The translations under genes were made by a program, and so were the position numbers. Below the pieces are notes generated by a model. The model searched no databases and was not told the DNA's origin. It saw nothing but the letters and a program-made list of their open reading frames with translations. DNA of 36,098 bases from Chiloscyllium plagiosum (taxonomy: Eukaryota): assembly GCF_004010195.1 (NCBI RefSeq), contig NC_057754.1, forward strand, positions 6,750,127 to 6,786,224, read 5' to 3'. Position 1 is the stretch's first letter; the number at the start of each line of letters is the position of its first letter. Below are positions 23,046 through 34,120 of the stretch, piece after piece.

Positions 23046-23522
23046 TCTTTGATCTTAACATTAGAATCCTTCTTAACATCGAGGACATTTAGCTGTGACC
23101 TGGGTTTCATTAACACGGACTCACTGCAAGGCGATGGACGAATTGGGAACGCCGTTTCGAAAGCACTGATTTTTAAAACCTGTGCTGGCTGTCACACCAA
23201 CACATGATTTTCCGATAACGTGGGGTCTCACCAGAACGTGACCATCGCGTCTTAGAGCTGTAAACTAGAAGGGTACAGAAATAAAGTTAGAAGTTCAACA
23301 TTCTTTACTGAGTACTTAACTGAAACGCGGCCCCGATCTTACAATGTCACCTCGCTTGACACCAGAACATCTCAAGCTGCATCGCAGCAGGTGAAATTGT
23401 TTTGATGTCTGTGTCAGTGTGGGTATCTCCCATAGAGGGGAGATGGTGGGAACGTGCTGTTGAGACAGGGATCATAATTTTGACTGTGACAAGGCTTCAA
23501 ATCTCATAACTCTCGCTTTTTC

Positions 23523-23735
23523 TATTTATTCGTTCACAAGATGTGGGTGCTGCAGGCCAGTGACTGGCCCATCCCTATTTACCCCAGAGGTTAGTTCACA
23601 GTCAACTCTGGTGGATGACAAAATTTGGCGACTTTGGCGATCATTTTTAAAAGCCCCAACCGGTCCACTCATTCCCTTCAGGGAAAGCAATCTGCCGTCC
23701 TTACCTGGTCTGGCTGACATGTTTCTCCAGTGGGA
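23523..23735. mobile_element. Rearranged SINE remnants sharing a 3' tail with the second LINE family
   Basis: 23523-23610 resembles the minus-strand tail at 9875-9935. 23650-23730 (cagggaaagcaatctgccgtccttacctggtctggc) resembles the body of a common shark SINE as recalled. Confidence 0.5.
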
Positions 23736-23742
23736 CAGGGTA

Positions 23743-23870
23743 TTCCTGATGAAGGGCAATTGCCCGAAACGTCGATCCTCCTGCTCCTCGGATGCTGCCT
23801 GACCTGCTGTGCTTTCCCAGCGCCGCACTCTCGACTCTGAACTCCAGCATCTGCAGTCCTCACTGTCTCC
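23743..23870 (+). mobile_element. Penelope-like terminal-repeat fragment with an intact minimal hammerhead-ribozyme core
   Basis: CTGATGA (23746-23752), A, GGGC-AATT-GCCC (stem II), GAAAC-GTC (23766-23773), followed by the shared body ctgctcctcggatgctgcctgacctgctgtgc. Confidence 0.75.
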
Positions 23871-23887
23871 TCGAGTCACTGCGCTGT

Positions 23888-23908
23888 TTCAGCACCATGG
23901 AGAGCACA
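23888..23908 (+). promoter_or_regulatory. RE1/NRSE (REST-binding) motif
   Basis: TTCAGCACCATGGAGAGCACA. The first 17 nt fit the degenerate consensus NTYAGMRCCNNRGMSAG with no mismatch. Confidence 0.65.
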
Positions 23909-23911
23909 GTC

Positions 23912-24330
23912 CACAGGCCCTCCGGCCCAACACGTCCACACCGGCCCGGCAAAGAGTCACCCACCCAGAGCCATTGCTCTACCCTGTTACTTTACATTGA
24001 CCCCTGACTAATACACCTAACCTGCACATCGCTGGACACTATGGGACATTTTAGCATGGCCAATCCACCCTAACCTGCACATCCCTGGGCACAATGGGAC
24101 AAGTTAGCACGGCCAATCCACCCTAACCTGCACATCCCTGGGTACGACGGGACAATTTAGCACGGCCAACCCACCCTAACCTGCACATCTTTTGACTGTG
24201 GGAGGAAACCTCACGCAGACACTGGGGGGAGAATGTGCAAACTCCACACAGATAGTCGCCCAAGGGTGGGATCGAACCCGCGTCCCTGGCGCCATGAGGC
24301 AGTGGTGCTAACCACTTAGCAACCATGCCC
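23912..24330 (-). mobile_element. HE1-like V-SINE (tRNA-derived) with internal ~52-bp tandem repeats
   Basis: On the minus strand: A box (tggttgctaagtggttagc), B box (gggttcgatccc), V-domain tgtgtggagtttgcacattctccc, four copies of gatgtgcaggttagg, and a CR1-like tail. Confidence 0.88.
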
Positions 24331-24349
24331 CTCTGAGCTGTGGCTTGGA

Positions 24350-24450
24350 GGTGCCAGTGTTGGACAGGGGTGGACGAGGTCAGAGGTCACCCAGGTTGTA
24401 GTCCAGCAGACTTACTTGAAATCACAGTAGCGCTGCCCCTTTGTCAGCTG
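24350..24450 (-). mobile_element. Decayed terminal fragment of a second Penelope-like family
   Basis: gtgttggacaggggtggac...ccaggttgtagtccagcagacttacttgaaatcac...agcgctgcccctttgtcagctg resembles a recalled shark Penelope repeat end. The hammerhead core is degraded. Confidence 0.5.
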
Positions 24451-24659
24451 ACTGACTCCCTGGGTCAGGGGCTCAGTGTGTGAGACTAGTGTCTGAGGGT
24501 GACGTTCAAGCCCACAATCTCCAGACCCCTAGAAGAATGGTGTGGGGTGAGAGGGGCGGGGGGAGAAGTTGGGAACTTTCCCACCATTAGAGATGTGCTT
24601 GAGGAGAGCGGTGTAGATTAGGGAAGCAGTGCAGATAAGCCCTCAACATCCTGGGGGTT

Positions 24660-25275
24660 AGCCATTGACCAGAAACCCAACTGTATCAATACAGCGGCGA
24701 CAAGAGCAGGTCAGAGGCTGGGAATCCTGCAGCGAGTAACTCACCCTCCTGACTCCCCAGAGCATGCCCCCTCTTGACAAGGCACAAGTCGGGAGGGTGA
24801 GGGAATGCTCCCTACTTGCCCCTGGATGAGGGGCAGCTCCAACAACACTCGAGAAGCTCGACACCATCCAGGCGCAAAGCAGCCCGCGCGCAATTGGCAC
24901 CACACCCCCTCCCTCCATCCTCCGACGCTCAGGAGCAACAGTGTGTACCATCTACAAGATGCACTGCAGCAACTCCTCGAGGCTCCTCAGACAGCACCTT
25001 TCAAACCCACCACCAACTAGGAGGACAAGGGGCAGCAGATACATGGGAACACCACCCCCGTGCACGTTCCCACTGCTCCGCATCCCGACTTGGGAATATA
25101 TCTGTCGTTCCTTGGGTCAGAATCCTTGAATTCGCTCCCCCAGGGCATTGTGGGTCTAACCCACAGCACACGGAGTGCAGCGGTTCAAGGTGGCAGCTCA
25201 CCCCCCCACCTTCTCAAGGGGGGGTCAACTAGGAGACAGGGCAATAAACCCGAAGCCAGGCCAGTGCTAGCCAAA
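24660..25275 (+). mobile_element. 3' end of the second LINE family (CR1/L2 group)
   Basis: CTIYKMHCSNSSRLLRQHLSNP and the tail gggcaataaac. Homologous to 9875-10250. Confidence 0.85.
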
Positions 25276-25999
25276 TCCTGTCACAGAATGTTGACAAAAG
25301 CTGGACAGAGACACAAGGGAGAAGAGAATCAGTGAACGTGGTGATGGACTGAGGGGAGGAAGGGGTTGGGAGGAGGCTTGTGAGGAGCAGGAGGGCCAGT
25401 ATTGGGGCAGGTGGACTGAATGGACTGCTTTTGTTCTGTGGATTCTGTGTCAGGCAGCCTCACGCAGTCAAATTGCCTGCTCAGCAAAGCGCCTCAGGAC
25501 CAGCCATCCAGCCATATCTCATCAGGAAGGCTGTGGGTACATTCCAAAGGGCGCGGAAAGTTAAGGTTTGCAGGTGAGCGTGGTGGGCACCTGAAAATGA
25601 TTTTTTTTTGTATTGAAAGTTCAGTTTTAGCTGAATCTCTCAGGATTCAGAGTCGGATGAGGATGGTCTTTGGATGAGTGAATATACAAAGATGCAAAAT
25701 GAATATGTGTCTCAAAGCACGTCAAAATGAGATTGGCAGCGTCTCTGCATGGAAGAGATTCCGTTCTCAAACGGAGTGTGACAGGAACAGAGGTGTAGGG
25801 GTTTATCTCCGAGCCCTAGATTACACTTTTGTAAATAGATGACTATTCTCTGCACACTGAAAGGATGTGGTGACCTAACTGACATGTAGTTGTTCTTACT
25901 GATTGTTGACATCTCCAATGTTACATCAGTGACAACGTTTTACATGTTCTGCTCGAAAGTGAAATGCCACTGAGGCACAGGGACTCTCTCTCTCCCCCT

Positions 26000-28900
26000 C
26001 ATTACTGAAGGAGTGCCACACTGTCATGGTGTCAGTACTGAGGGAGTGCCGCACTGTCAGGGGGTCAGTACCGAGGGAGTGCTGCACTGTCAGAGGGTCA
26101 TTACTGAGGGAGTGCCACACTGTCAGGGGGTCAGTACTGAGGGAGTGCCACACTGTCAGAGGGTCATTACTGAGGGAGTGCCACACTGTCAGGGGGTCAG
26201 TACCGAGGGAGTGCCGCACTGTCAGAGGGTCAGTACTGAGGGAGTGCCGCACTGTCATAGGGTCCGTACTGAGGGTGTGCCGCACTGTCAGAGGGTCAGT
26301 ACTGAGGGAGTGCCGCACTGTCAGAGGGTCAGTACGGAGGGAGCGCCACACTGTCGGAGGGTCAGTGCTGAGGGAGTGCCACACTGTCAGAGGGTCAGTA
26401 CTGAGGGAGTGCCACACTGTCAGAAGGGCAGTACTGAGGGAGTGCAGCACTGTCAGGGTCAGTACTGAAGGAGAGCCGCACTGTCGGAGGGCCAGTACTG
26501 AGGGAGTGCCGCACTGTCGGAGGGTCAGTGCTAAGGGAGTGCCGCACTGTCAGAGGGTCCGTACTGAGGGAGCGCCACATTGTCGGTGGGTCAGTACTGA
26601 GGGAGTGCCGCACTGTCAGAGGGTCAGTACGGAGGGAGTGCCGCACTGTCGGAGGGTCAGTGCTGAGGGAGTGCAACACTGTCAGAGGGTCAGTACTGAG
26701 GGAGTGCCACACTGTCATAGGATCAGTACTGAGGGTGTGCCGCACTGTCGGAGGGTGAGTACTGAGGGAGTGCCACACTGTCGGAGGGTCAGTACTGAGG
26801 GAGTGCCACACTGTCAGAGGGTCAGTACTGAGGGAGTGCCACACTGTCATAGGGTCAGTACTGAGGGTATGCCGCACAGTCGGAGGGTTAGTACTGAGGG
26901 AGTGCCACACTGTCGGAGGGTCAGTATTGAGGGTGTGCCACACTGTCGGAGGGTCAGTACTGAGGGAGTGCCGCACTGGCGGAGGATCAATACTGAGGGA
27001 GTGCCAAACTGTCGGAGGGTCAGTACTGAGGGAGTGCAGCACTGTCGGAGGGTCTGTACTGAGGGAGGGCTGCACTGTTGGAGGGTCAGTACTGAGTGAG
27101 TACCACACTGTCGGAGGGTCAGTACTGACGGAGTGCCACACTGTCAGAGGGTCAGTACTGAGGGACTGCCACACTGTCGTAGGGTCAGTGCTGAGGGTGT
27201 GCCGCACTGTCGGAAGGTCAGAACTGAGGGAGTGCCACACTGTCGGAGGGTCAGTATTGAGCGTGTGCCACACTGTCGGAGGGTCAGTACGGAGGGAGTG
27301 CTGCACTGGCGGCGGATCAGTACTGAGGGAGTGCCGCACTGTTGGAGGGTCAGTACTGAGGGAGTGCCGCACTGTCGGAGGGTCAGTACTGAGGGAGGGC
27401 CGCACTGTTGGAGGGTCAGTACTGAGTGAGTGCCGCACTGTCAGAGGTTCAATGCTAAGGGAGTGCCGGACTGTTGGAGGGTCAGTACTGAGGGAGTGCA
27501 GCACTGTGAGAGGGTCAGTACTGAGGGAGTGCCGCACTGTCGGAGGGTCAGTACTGAGGGAGTGCCACGCTGTCATAAGGTCAGTACTGACGGTGTGCCG
27601 CACTGTCGGAGGGTCAGTACTGAGGGAGTGCCACACTGTCGGAGGGTCAGTGCTGAGGGAGTGCCACACTGTCGGAGGGTCAGTGCTGAGGGTGCGCTGC
27701 GCTGTCAGAGGGTCAGTACTGAGGGAGTGCCGCACTGTAGGAAGGTCAGTACTGAGGGAGTGCCACACTGTCATGCGGTCAGTCCTGCGGGTGTGCCGCA
27801 CTGTCAGAGGGTGAGTACTGAGGGAGTGCCACACTGTCGGAGGGTCAGTACTGAGGGAGTGCCGCACTGTCAGAGGGTCAGTACTGAGGGAGTGCCACAC
27901 TGTCACAGAGTCAGTACTAAGGGAGTGCTACACTGTCACAGGGTCAGTACTGAGGGAGTGCCACGCTGTCGGAGGGTCAGTATTGCGGGTGTGCCGCAAT
28001 GTCGGAGTGTCAGTACTGAGGGAGTGCAACACTATCGGAGGGTCAGTACTGAGGGAGTGCCACACTGTCAGAGGGTCAGTACTGAGGGAGTGGCACACTG
28101 TCATACGGTCAGTCCTGCGGGTGTGCCGCACTGTCAGAGGATCAGTACTGTGGGAGCGCCGCACTGTCGGAGGGTCAGTACTGAGGGAGTGCCGCACTGG
28201 CGGAGGATCAGTACTGAGGGAGTGCCGAACTGTCGGAGGGTCAGTACTGAGGGAGTGCCACACTGTCGGAGCGTCAGTACTGAGGGAGTGCCACACTGTT
28301 GGAGGGTCAGTACTGACGGAGTGGCACACTGTCAAAAGGTCAGTACTGAGGGTGTGCCGCACTGTCGGAGGGTCAGTACTGAGGGAGTGCCGCACTGTCA
28401 GAGGGTCAGTATTGAAGTAATGCCGCACTGTCAGATGGTTAGTACGGAGTGTGTGCCGCACTGTCAGAGGGTCAGTACTGAGGGAGTGCAGCACTGTCAG
28501 AGGGTCAGTATAGAGGGAGCGCGGCACTGTCGGAGGGTCCGTACTGAGGGAGTGCCACACTGTCGGAGGGTCAGTACTGAGGGAGTGCCACACTGTCAGA
28601 GGGTCAGTACTGAGGGAGTGCCACACTGTCATACGGTCAGTCCTGCGGGTGTGCCGCACTGTCAGAGGGTGAGTACTGAGGGAGTGCCACACTGTCGGAG
28701 GGTCAGTACTGAGGGAGTGCCACACTGTCAGAGGGTCAGTACTGAGGGAGTGCCACACTGTCATAGAGTCAGTACTGAGGGAGTGCTACACTGTCACAGG
28801 GTCAGTACTGAGGGAGTGCCACGCTGTCGGAGGGTCAGTACTGCGGGTGTGCCGCAATGTCGGAGGGTCAGTACTGAGGGAGTGCAACACTGTCGGAGGG

Positions 28901-30078
28901 TCAGTACTGAGGGAGTGCCACACTGTCACAGGGTCAGTACTGAAGGAGTGGCACACTGTCAGAAGGTCAGTACTGAGGGTGTGCCACACTATCGGAGGGT
29001 CAGTACTGAGGGAGTGCCGCACTAGCGGAGGATCAGTACTGAGGGAGTGCTGAACTGTCGGAGGGTCAGTACTGAGGGAGTGCCACACTGTCGGAGGGTC
29101 AGTACTGACGGAGTGCCACACTGTCAAAAGGTCAGTACTGAGGGTGTGCCACACTATCGGAGGGTCAGTACTGAGGGAGTGCTGCACTGTTGGAGGGTCA
29201 GTACTGAGGGAATGCCGCACTGTCAGAGGGTCAGTACAGAGGGAGCACCGCACTGTCAGAGGGTCCATACTGAGGGAGCGCCGCACTGTCAGAGGGTCAG
29301 TACTGAGGGAATGCCGCACTGTTGGAGGGTCAGTGCTGAGGGAGTGCCGCACTGTCGGAGAATCAGTTCTGAGGGAGTGCCGCACTGTCGGAGGGTCAGT
29401 ACTGAGGGAGTGCCGCACTGTCAGAGGGTCAGTACGGAGGGAACGCCGCACTGTTGGAGGGTCAGTCCTGAGGGTGCGCTGCGCTGTCACTGGGTCAGTA
29501 CTGAGGGAGTGCCACACTGTCAGAGGGTCAGTACTGAGGGAGTGCCACACTGTCATAGGGTCAGTACTGAGGGTGTGCCGCACTGTCGGAGGATCAGTAC
29601 TGAGGGAGTGCCACACTGTTGAAGGATCAGTACTGAGGGAGTGCCGAACTGTCGGAGGGTCAGTACTGAGGGAGTGCCGCACTGTCGGAGGGTCAGTACT
29701 GAGGGAGTGCCGCACTGTCAGAGGGTCAATACTGAGGGAGTGCAGCACTGTGAGAGGGTCAGTACTGAGGGAGGGCCGCACTGTTGGAGGGTCAGTAGTG
29801 AGTGAGTGCCGCACTGTCAGAGGGTCAGTGCTAAGGGAGTGCCACACTGTCGGAAGGTCAGTGCTCAGGGAGTGCCACACTGTCATAGGGTCAGTACTGA
29901 GGGAGTGCCGCACTGTCGGAGGGTCCGTACTGCGGGTGTGCCACACTGTCGGAGGGTCAGTACTGAGGGAGTGCCGCACTGTCGGAGGGTCAGTGCTAAG
30001 GGAGTGCCGCACTGTCCGAGTGTTAGTACTGCGGGTGTGCCACACTGTCGGAGGGTCAGTACTGAGGGAGTGCAGCAC
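26000..30078 (+). repeat. 33-bp minisatellite, about 123 copies
   Basis: Unit cactgtcggagggtcagtactgagggagtgccg. Source of the (EGVPHCRRVST)n, (SVLRECRTVGG)n and (HSLSTDPPTVR)n pseudo-ORFs. Confidence 0.98.
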
Positions 30079-30964
30079 TTAACTCTCCCTCAGTTCTGAC
30101 CCTCCCACAGTGCAGCATTTCTCCCTCAGCAATTATCAGGAAGAATCCCAGGACATTAACTCAGTCGTGATGGGTTGCTGGAGGTGTTGTGGTGTGGTTA
30201 GTTGTCAGTTTGGCAAGCATTTTTGTCACATTGTGTTACCAACGGGCGTGGGTTCCATACCCGCACGGACCGAGGTCACGACGAAGAGCAATCCTCTAAC
30301 CCTCTCCCCTCGTTTGAGGGCACACCCGCCCGCAGTTGCCCCCTTTCTAGTGAGAGAACAGGCCTCTGTCCCTCTGTCTGTGGCCAACGTTACCTCAGCG
30401 ATCGTCCTTCTGGGTGTGTGAACCACTTTCAACCCCACACAGGCTAAATAAATCCCGAGTACAAAACTCGGCGATGGTCTCCCGCCGATGAAGCCCCCTC
30501 TTGAGCATTCCCGGTGACTGATGCCCCCTCCCCCTTTATCGTATCTATCTAGTTCTGGCCTTCGTGTAACCCCAGCCCACCCAACCCCTCCCTGTCCTCT
30601 GAGATGGCGCCTGGCGATCCAAGGTGGGCAGCTCAAGTGGGGCACCTCGTGCCCACCTCTCTGGAAGGGTGAGCATGGAAAACAAGCCAAGTCACGGGGT
30701 GGGGAGGTTGAGTGTTTGAGGAAGTGGGCTTGGGCCTAGTCTCCTGCATTGGCGATTAACATGGGCGAGGGTCGCTCAAGTCGGGCCAGTGTCTACTGCC
30801 GCTGTGTCCAGAAACACGTCCCTCGTTTGAGGCTGTCTAAACCATCTGTGACCGTTTCTAAGTCAGGCCCCTGCATATCCCTCTGCTCCAGCCACCTTCG
30901 GTGTCTCAAGGTTAATAGCTCCCGTGAGCTTTGTAGCTGCCATCAGTGTCAATAACACCTGCTT

Positions 30965-31207
30965 CCTCCTCATCCTTTCGCCTGCTCGCTCTGATCCTTC
31001 CAGAACGTTCCCCCACTCCTGCCATTTCAGTGACCTCCTCCAGGCCTCTGAGATCTCCGCAACCCTCCTCCCCCATGCCGACCCCTGGCAAAGATCTGCC
31101 ATTTTGATCATCATTCCCTCCCTAAACCTCTCCCAGTCTCTCTCTGTCTCTCTCTCTCTCTCCCCCTCTGTCCCTTTAAGACTCTCCCCGAAACCAACCA
31201 ATCTTGA
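30965..31207 (+). mobile_element. Old L2 LINE 3' remnant
   Basis: attccctccctaaacctctcc...cctttaagactctccccgaaacc resembles the recalled L2 3' region. Confidence 0.55.
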
Positions 31208-31246
31208 ACTTCCCGTCCCAAATCAGTGCTCCCTTCCTCATTTGCA

Positions 31247-31555
31247 GGGTTCAATAACGAGAGGTCACACGTTCAAGGTGAGAGGTGAACAGTTTACGGG
31301 GGATACACGCGGCAAGTACTTCACACAGAGGGTGGTGGGTGTCTGGAATGCGTTGCCAGCAGAGGTGGTAGAGGCAGGCACGGTAGATTCATTTAAGGTG
31401 TGTCCGGACAAATGCATGAGTAGGTGGGGAGCAGAGGGATACAGATGCTTAGGAATTGGGCGACAGGTTTAGACAGTGGATTTTGATTAGCACAGGCTTG
31501 AAGGGCCGAAGGGCCTGTTCCTGGGCTGGAAATTTTCTTTGTTCTTTTGTTTCTT
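31247..31555 (+). mobile_element. CR1 LINE 3' fragment
   Basis: TRGHTFKVRGEQFTGDTRGKYFTQRVVGVWNALPAEVVEA and the tail gggccgaagggcctgttcc. Confidence 0.92.
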
Positions 31556-31644
31556 TTGGCCATCCTGGTCCATGATTGTTGCTGCGTTGAAGGCGCTACA
31601 GCAATGCAGGTTGTCGCTGTTGAATGTTCGTCAGACCTGAGCAT

Positions 31645-31925
31645 CCATGGCCGGGTCCGGCATTTATTGCCTCTGTCACTAATTGCCCCATTGAGAAGGT
31701 GGGGGAGAGGATGAGCTGCCTACTTGAATCTCCGTGTGGTGTGGGTAGATCTGTCTGAGGATTTCGGACCCAGAGACACTGAAGGAACGGCCGATCTATT
31801 CCCAAGTCAGGATGGGGAGTGGTGGGAACTTGCAGGGGGGTGGTGTTCCCATGTATCTGCTGCCCCATGTCCTTCGAGATGGAAGTGGTTGTGGGTTTGG
31901 AAGGTGCTGTCTGAGGAGCCATTTC
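31645..31925 (-). mobile_element. 3' end of the second LINE family
   Basis: gcatttattgcc...taattgccccattgagaaggtg...ttcccatgtatctgctgccc, homologous to 9900-10170. Confidence 0.85.
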
Positions 31926-31939
31926 AATGAATGGGGCCC

Positions 31940-32612
31940 TGACATGTTCCGTCATTCAATAAGATCATGGCTGATCTCTTCCTGGGCTCAGCCTCCCCCT
32001 TACCTGCCCTCCCACCCTCACCCTTAATTCCTTCACTGTTCAAAAAAAATCTATCTTAGCTTTTGAGAGTGTTTACTGAAGTAGCGTTAACTACTTCACT
32101 GGGCAGGAAATTCCACAGACTCGCAACCCTCTGGGTGAAAATGTTCCTTCTCAATTCAGTCCAAAACCTGCTCCCCCTAATCTTGAGGCTATGCCCTTTT
32201 GTCCTAGTTTCATCTGCCAGTGGAAACATCCTCTCTACTTCTATCTTATAGAAACATCTAATATTTTGAAGGGACTAGATCAGATCCGACCTCATTCTGT
32301 GAATTTCAAAGAATATAATCACAGTCGAGAGTGTGTGGTGCTGGAAAAGCACAGCAGGTCAGGCAGCATCCGAGGAGCAGGAGAATCGATGACTCGGGCC
32401 TTTGCCCTCTATGAGGAATCAGGTATCATTCCTGATGAACGGCTTAGGCCCGAAACGTCGACTCCTCGGATGCTGTCTGACCTGCTGTGCTTTTCCAGTA
32501 CCCCACACTCTGGCTTCCAGCATCGGCAGTGCTCACTTTCCCCTGAATGTAATCCCAGTCTACTCAGTCTCTCTTCACTGGGCCAACCCCCTCACCTCCG
32601 GAACCAACCTAG
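31940..32612 (-). mobile_element. CR1-type LINE 3' fragment interrupted by a Penelope-type fold-back insert
   Basis: attccacagactcgcaaccctctgggtgaaaatgttccttctc is the reverse complement of an FTQRV-W-LP motif. The element resumes at about 32545. Confidence 0.8.
32321..32544. mobile_element. Fold-back Penelope-like terminal-repeat insert with a hammerhead core
   Basis: The left arm (gagtgtgtggtgctggaaaagcacagcaggtcaggcagcatccgaggag) is the reverse complement of the right arm (ctcctcggatgctgtctgacctgctgtgcttttccagtaccccacactc). CTGATGA is at 32432 and GAAACGTC at 32452. Flanks are gaatataatc and gaatgtaatc. Confidence 0.8.
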
Positions 32613-33122
32613 GTTAGCCCGGCCACTGGCACCTGCAGAAATGTGGAAGAGGAAACAGGATCATTAAGGGTGTTCGAGAGAGTGACGGAGAGGTAGGTTA
32701 TTTCCGGCGCGTCCAGGGACAAAGGGATGGTATGAGGAAGTTCCAATGAGTTCAATGATCTAGAATGGCTGAGCAGAAGGGGCTGGATGGCCTTCATATT
32801 GTTACAGCAGTTGCCGGGGGGGAGGGGGGAGGTGGGCAGGGGTTGGATATAAGATCATATTGATGTCAGCTTCTCTTTCTATGTACTGAAATACATCAAT
32901 GTTATACACTGGTGAGGCCTGTTCTGGAGTGCTGTGTCCAATTCTGGTCGCCCTGTTACAGGAAGGATATTATTAAACTGGAGAGGGATCAGACGAGGTT
33001 TACCAGGATGTTACCGGGAATGGAGGGTCTGGGTTATAAGGAGAGGCTGGACCTTTTCCCTGGAGTGTAGGAGGCTGAGGGGGGACCTTACAGAGGTTTA
33101 TAAAATCATGAGAGGCATGGAT

Positions 33123-33590
33123 GGGCAGCAGAGTGGCTCAGTGGTTAGCACTGAGGAATGGGGTTCAATTCCAGCCTCGGGTGACTGTCTGTGTGGAGTT
33201 TGCATATTCTCCCCCCCGTATCTGTATGGCATTTCCTCCGGGTGCTCCGGTTTCCTCCCACAATCCAAAGATGTGCAGGTTAGGGTGGATTGGCCATGCT
33301 AAATTGTCCAATAGTGCACAGGGATGTGCAGGTTAGGGTGGTTTGACCGTGCTATAATGTCCCATAGTGCCCAGGGATGTGCAGGTTAGGGTTGATTGGC
33401 CATGCAAAATTTTCCCTTTGTGTCCAGGGATGTGCAGGTTCAGATGGATTGGCCGTGGGAAATTGTCCCACAGTGTTAGGTGGATTAGTCATGGGTAAAT
33501 GTCGGGGAATGGGTCTGGTTGGGTTGCTCTTTGGAGGGTCGGTGTGGACTTGTTGGGCCGAAGGGCCTTTTTCCCTACTGTCGGGAAACT
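33123..33590 (+). mobile_element. HE1-like V-SINE with internal ~52-bp tandem repeats
   Basis: A box gtggctcagtggttagc, B box ggttcaattcc, V-domain tgtgtggagtttgcatattctccc, four copies of gatgtgcaggtt, and tail gggccgaagggcc. Confidence 0.9.
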
Positions 33591-33866
33591 AATCAGATAT
33601 GGTGTCTTTTCCCTAGGGTGGGCCGATTTGAATACTAGGGCACACATTTTTAAGATGAGAGGAGACAGTTTTTAAAAAATACACAAGGGGCATTTTTTTT
33701 TTACACAGAGGGTGGTTCGTGTGTGGAATGACCTTCCTGAGGAAGTGCTGGATGCGGGGACAGTTACAACATTAAAAGACATTTGGATAAGTACATGAAT
33801 AGGAAAAGATTTGGAGGGATATGGGCCAGGAGCAGGCAGGTGGAACTAGTTTAGTTTGGGATATGG

Positions 33867-34120
33867 AGATAAGGAAAAACGTCTTCAGCCAGAGAGCGGT
33901 GAATCTATGGAATCCATTGCCACATAAGGCTGTGGGGGCCAGGTCATTGAGTAAATTTAAGATGGAATTAGATAGGTTCATGATTGTCAAGGGGATCAAG
34001 GGTTACGGGGAGAGAGCAAGAGAATGGGGTTGAGAAATGTATCAGTCATGACTGAATGGCAGAGCAGACTCGATGGGCCGAGTGGCCTAATTTCTGCTCC
34101 TTTGTCTCATAGTCTTCTTA
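33867..34120 (+). mobile_element. Nested CR1 3' fragment of a different subfamily
   Basis: RKNVFSQRAVNLWNPLP with a distinct tail (gagcagactcgatgggccgagtggcctaatttctgctcct), flanked by tatgg on both sides. Confidence 0.85.

Noticed and set aside
26000..30078. CRISPR-like appearance (33-bp partly palindromic repeats)
   Set aside because: The units are head-to-tail with no unique spacers, there are no cas genes, and the context is vertebrate.
26013..30099. Long ORFs of up to 531 aa on both strands
   Set aside because: They are an artefact of a stop-poor 33-bp unit. Overlapping ORFs occur in three frames, with no unique domain or exon boundaries.
33123..33180. tRNA gene
   Set aside because: The A and B boxes belong to a SINE head, the cloverleaf is incomplete, and the sequence continues into the V-domain.
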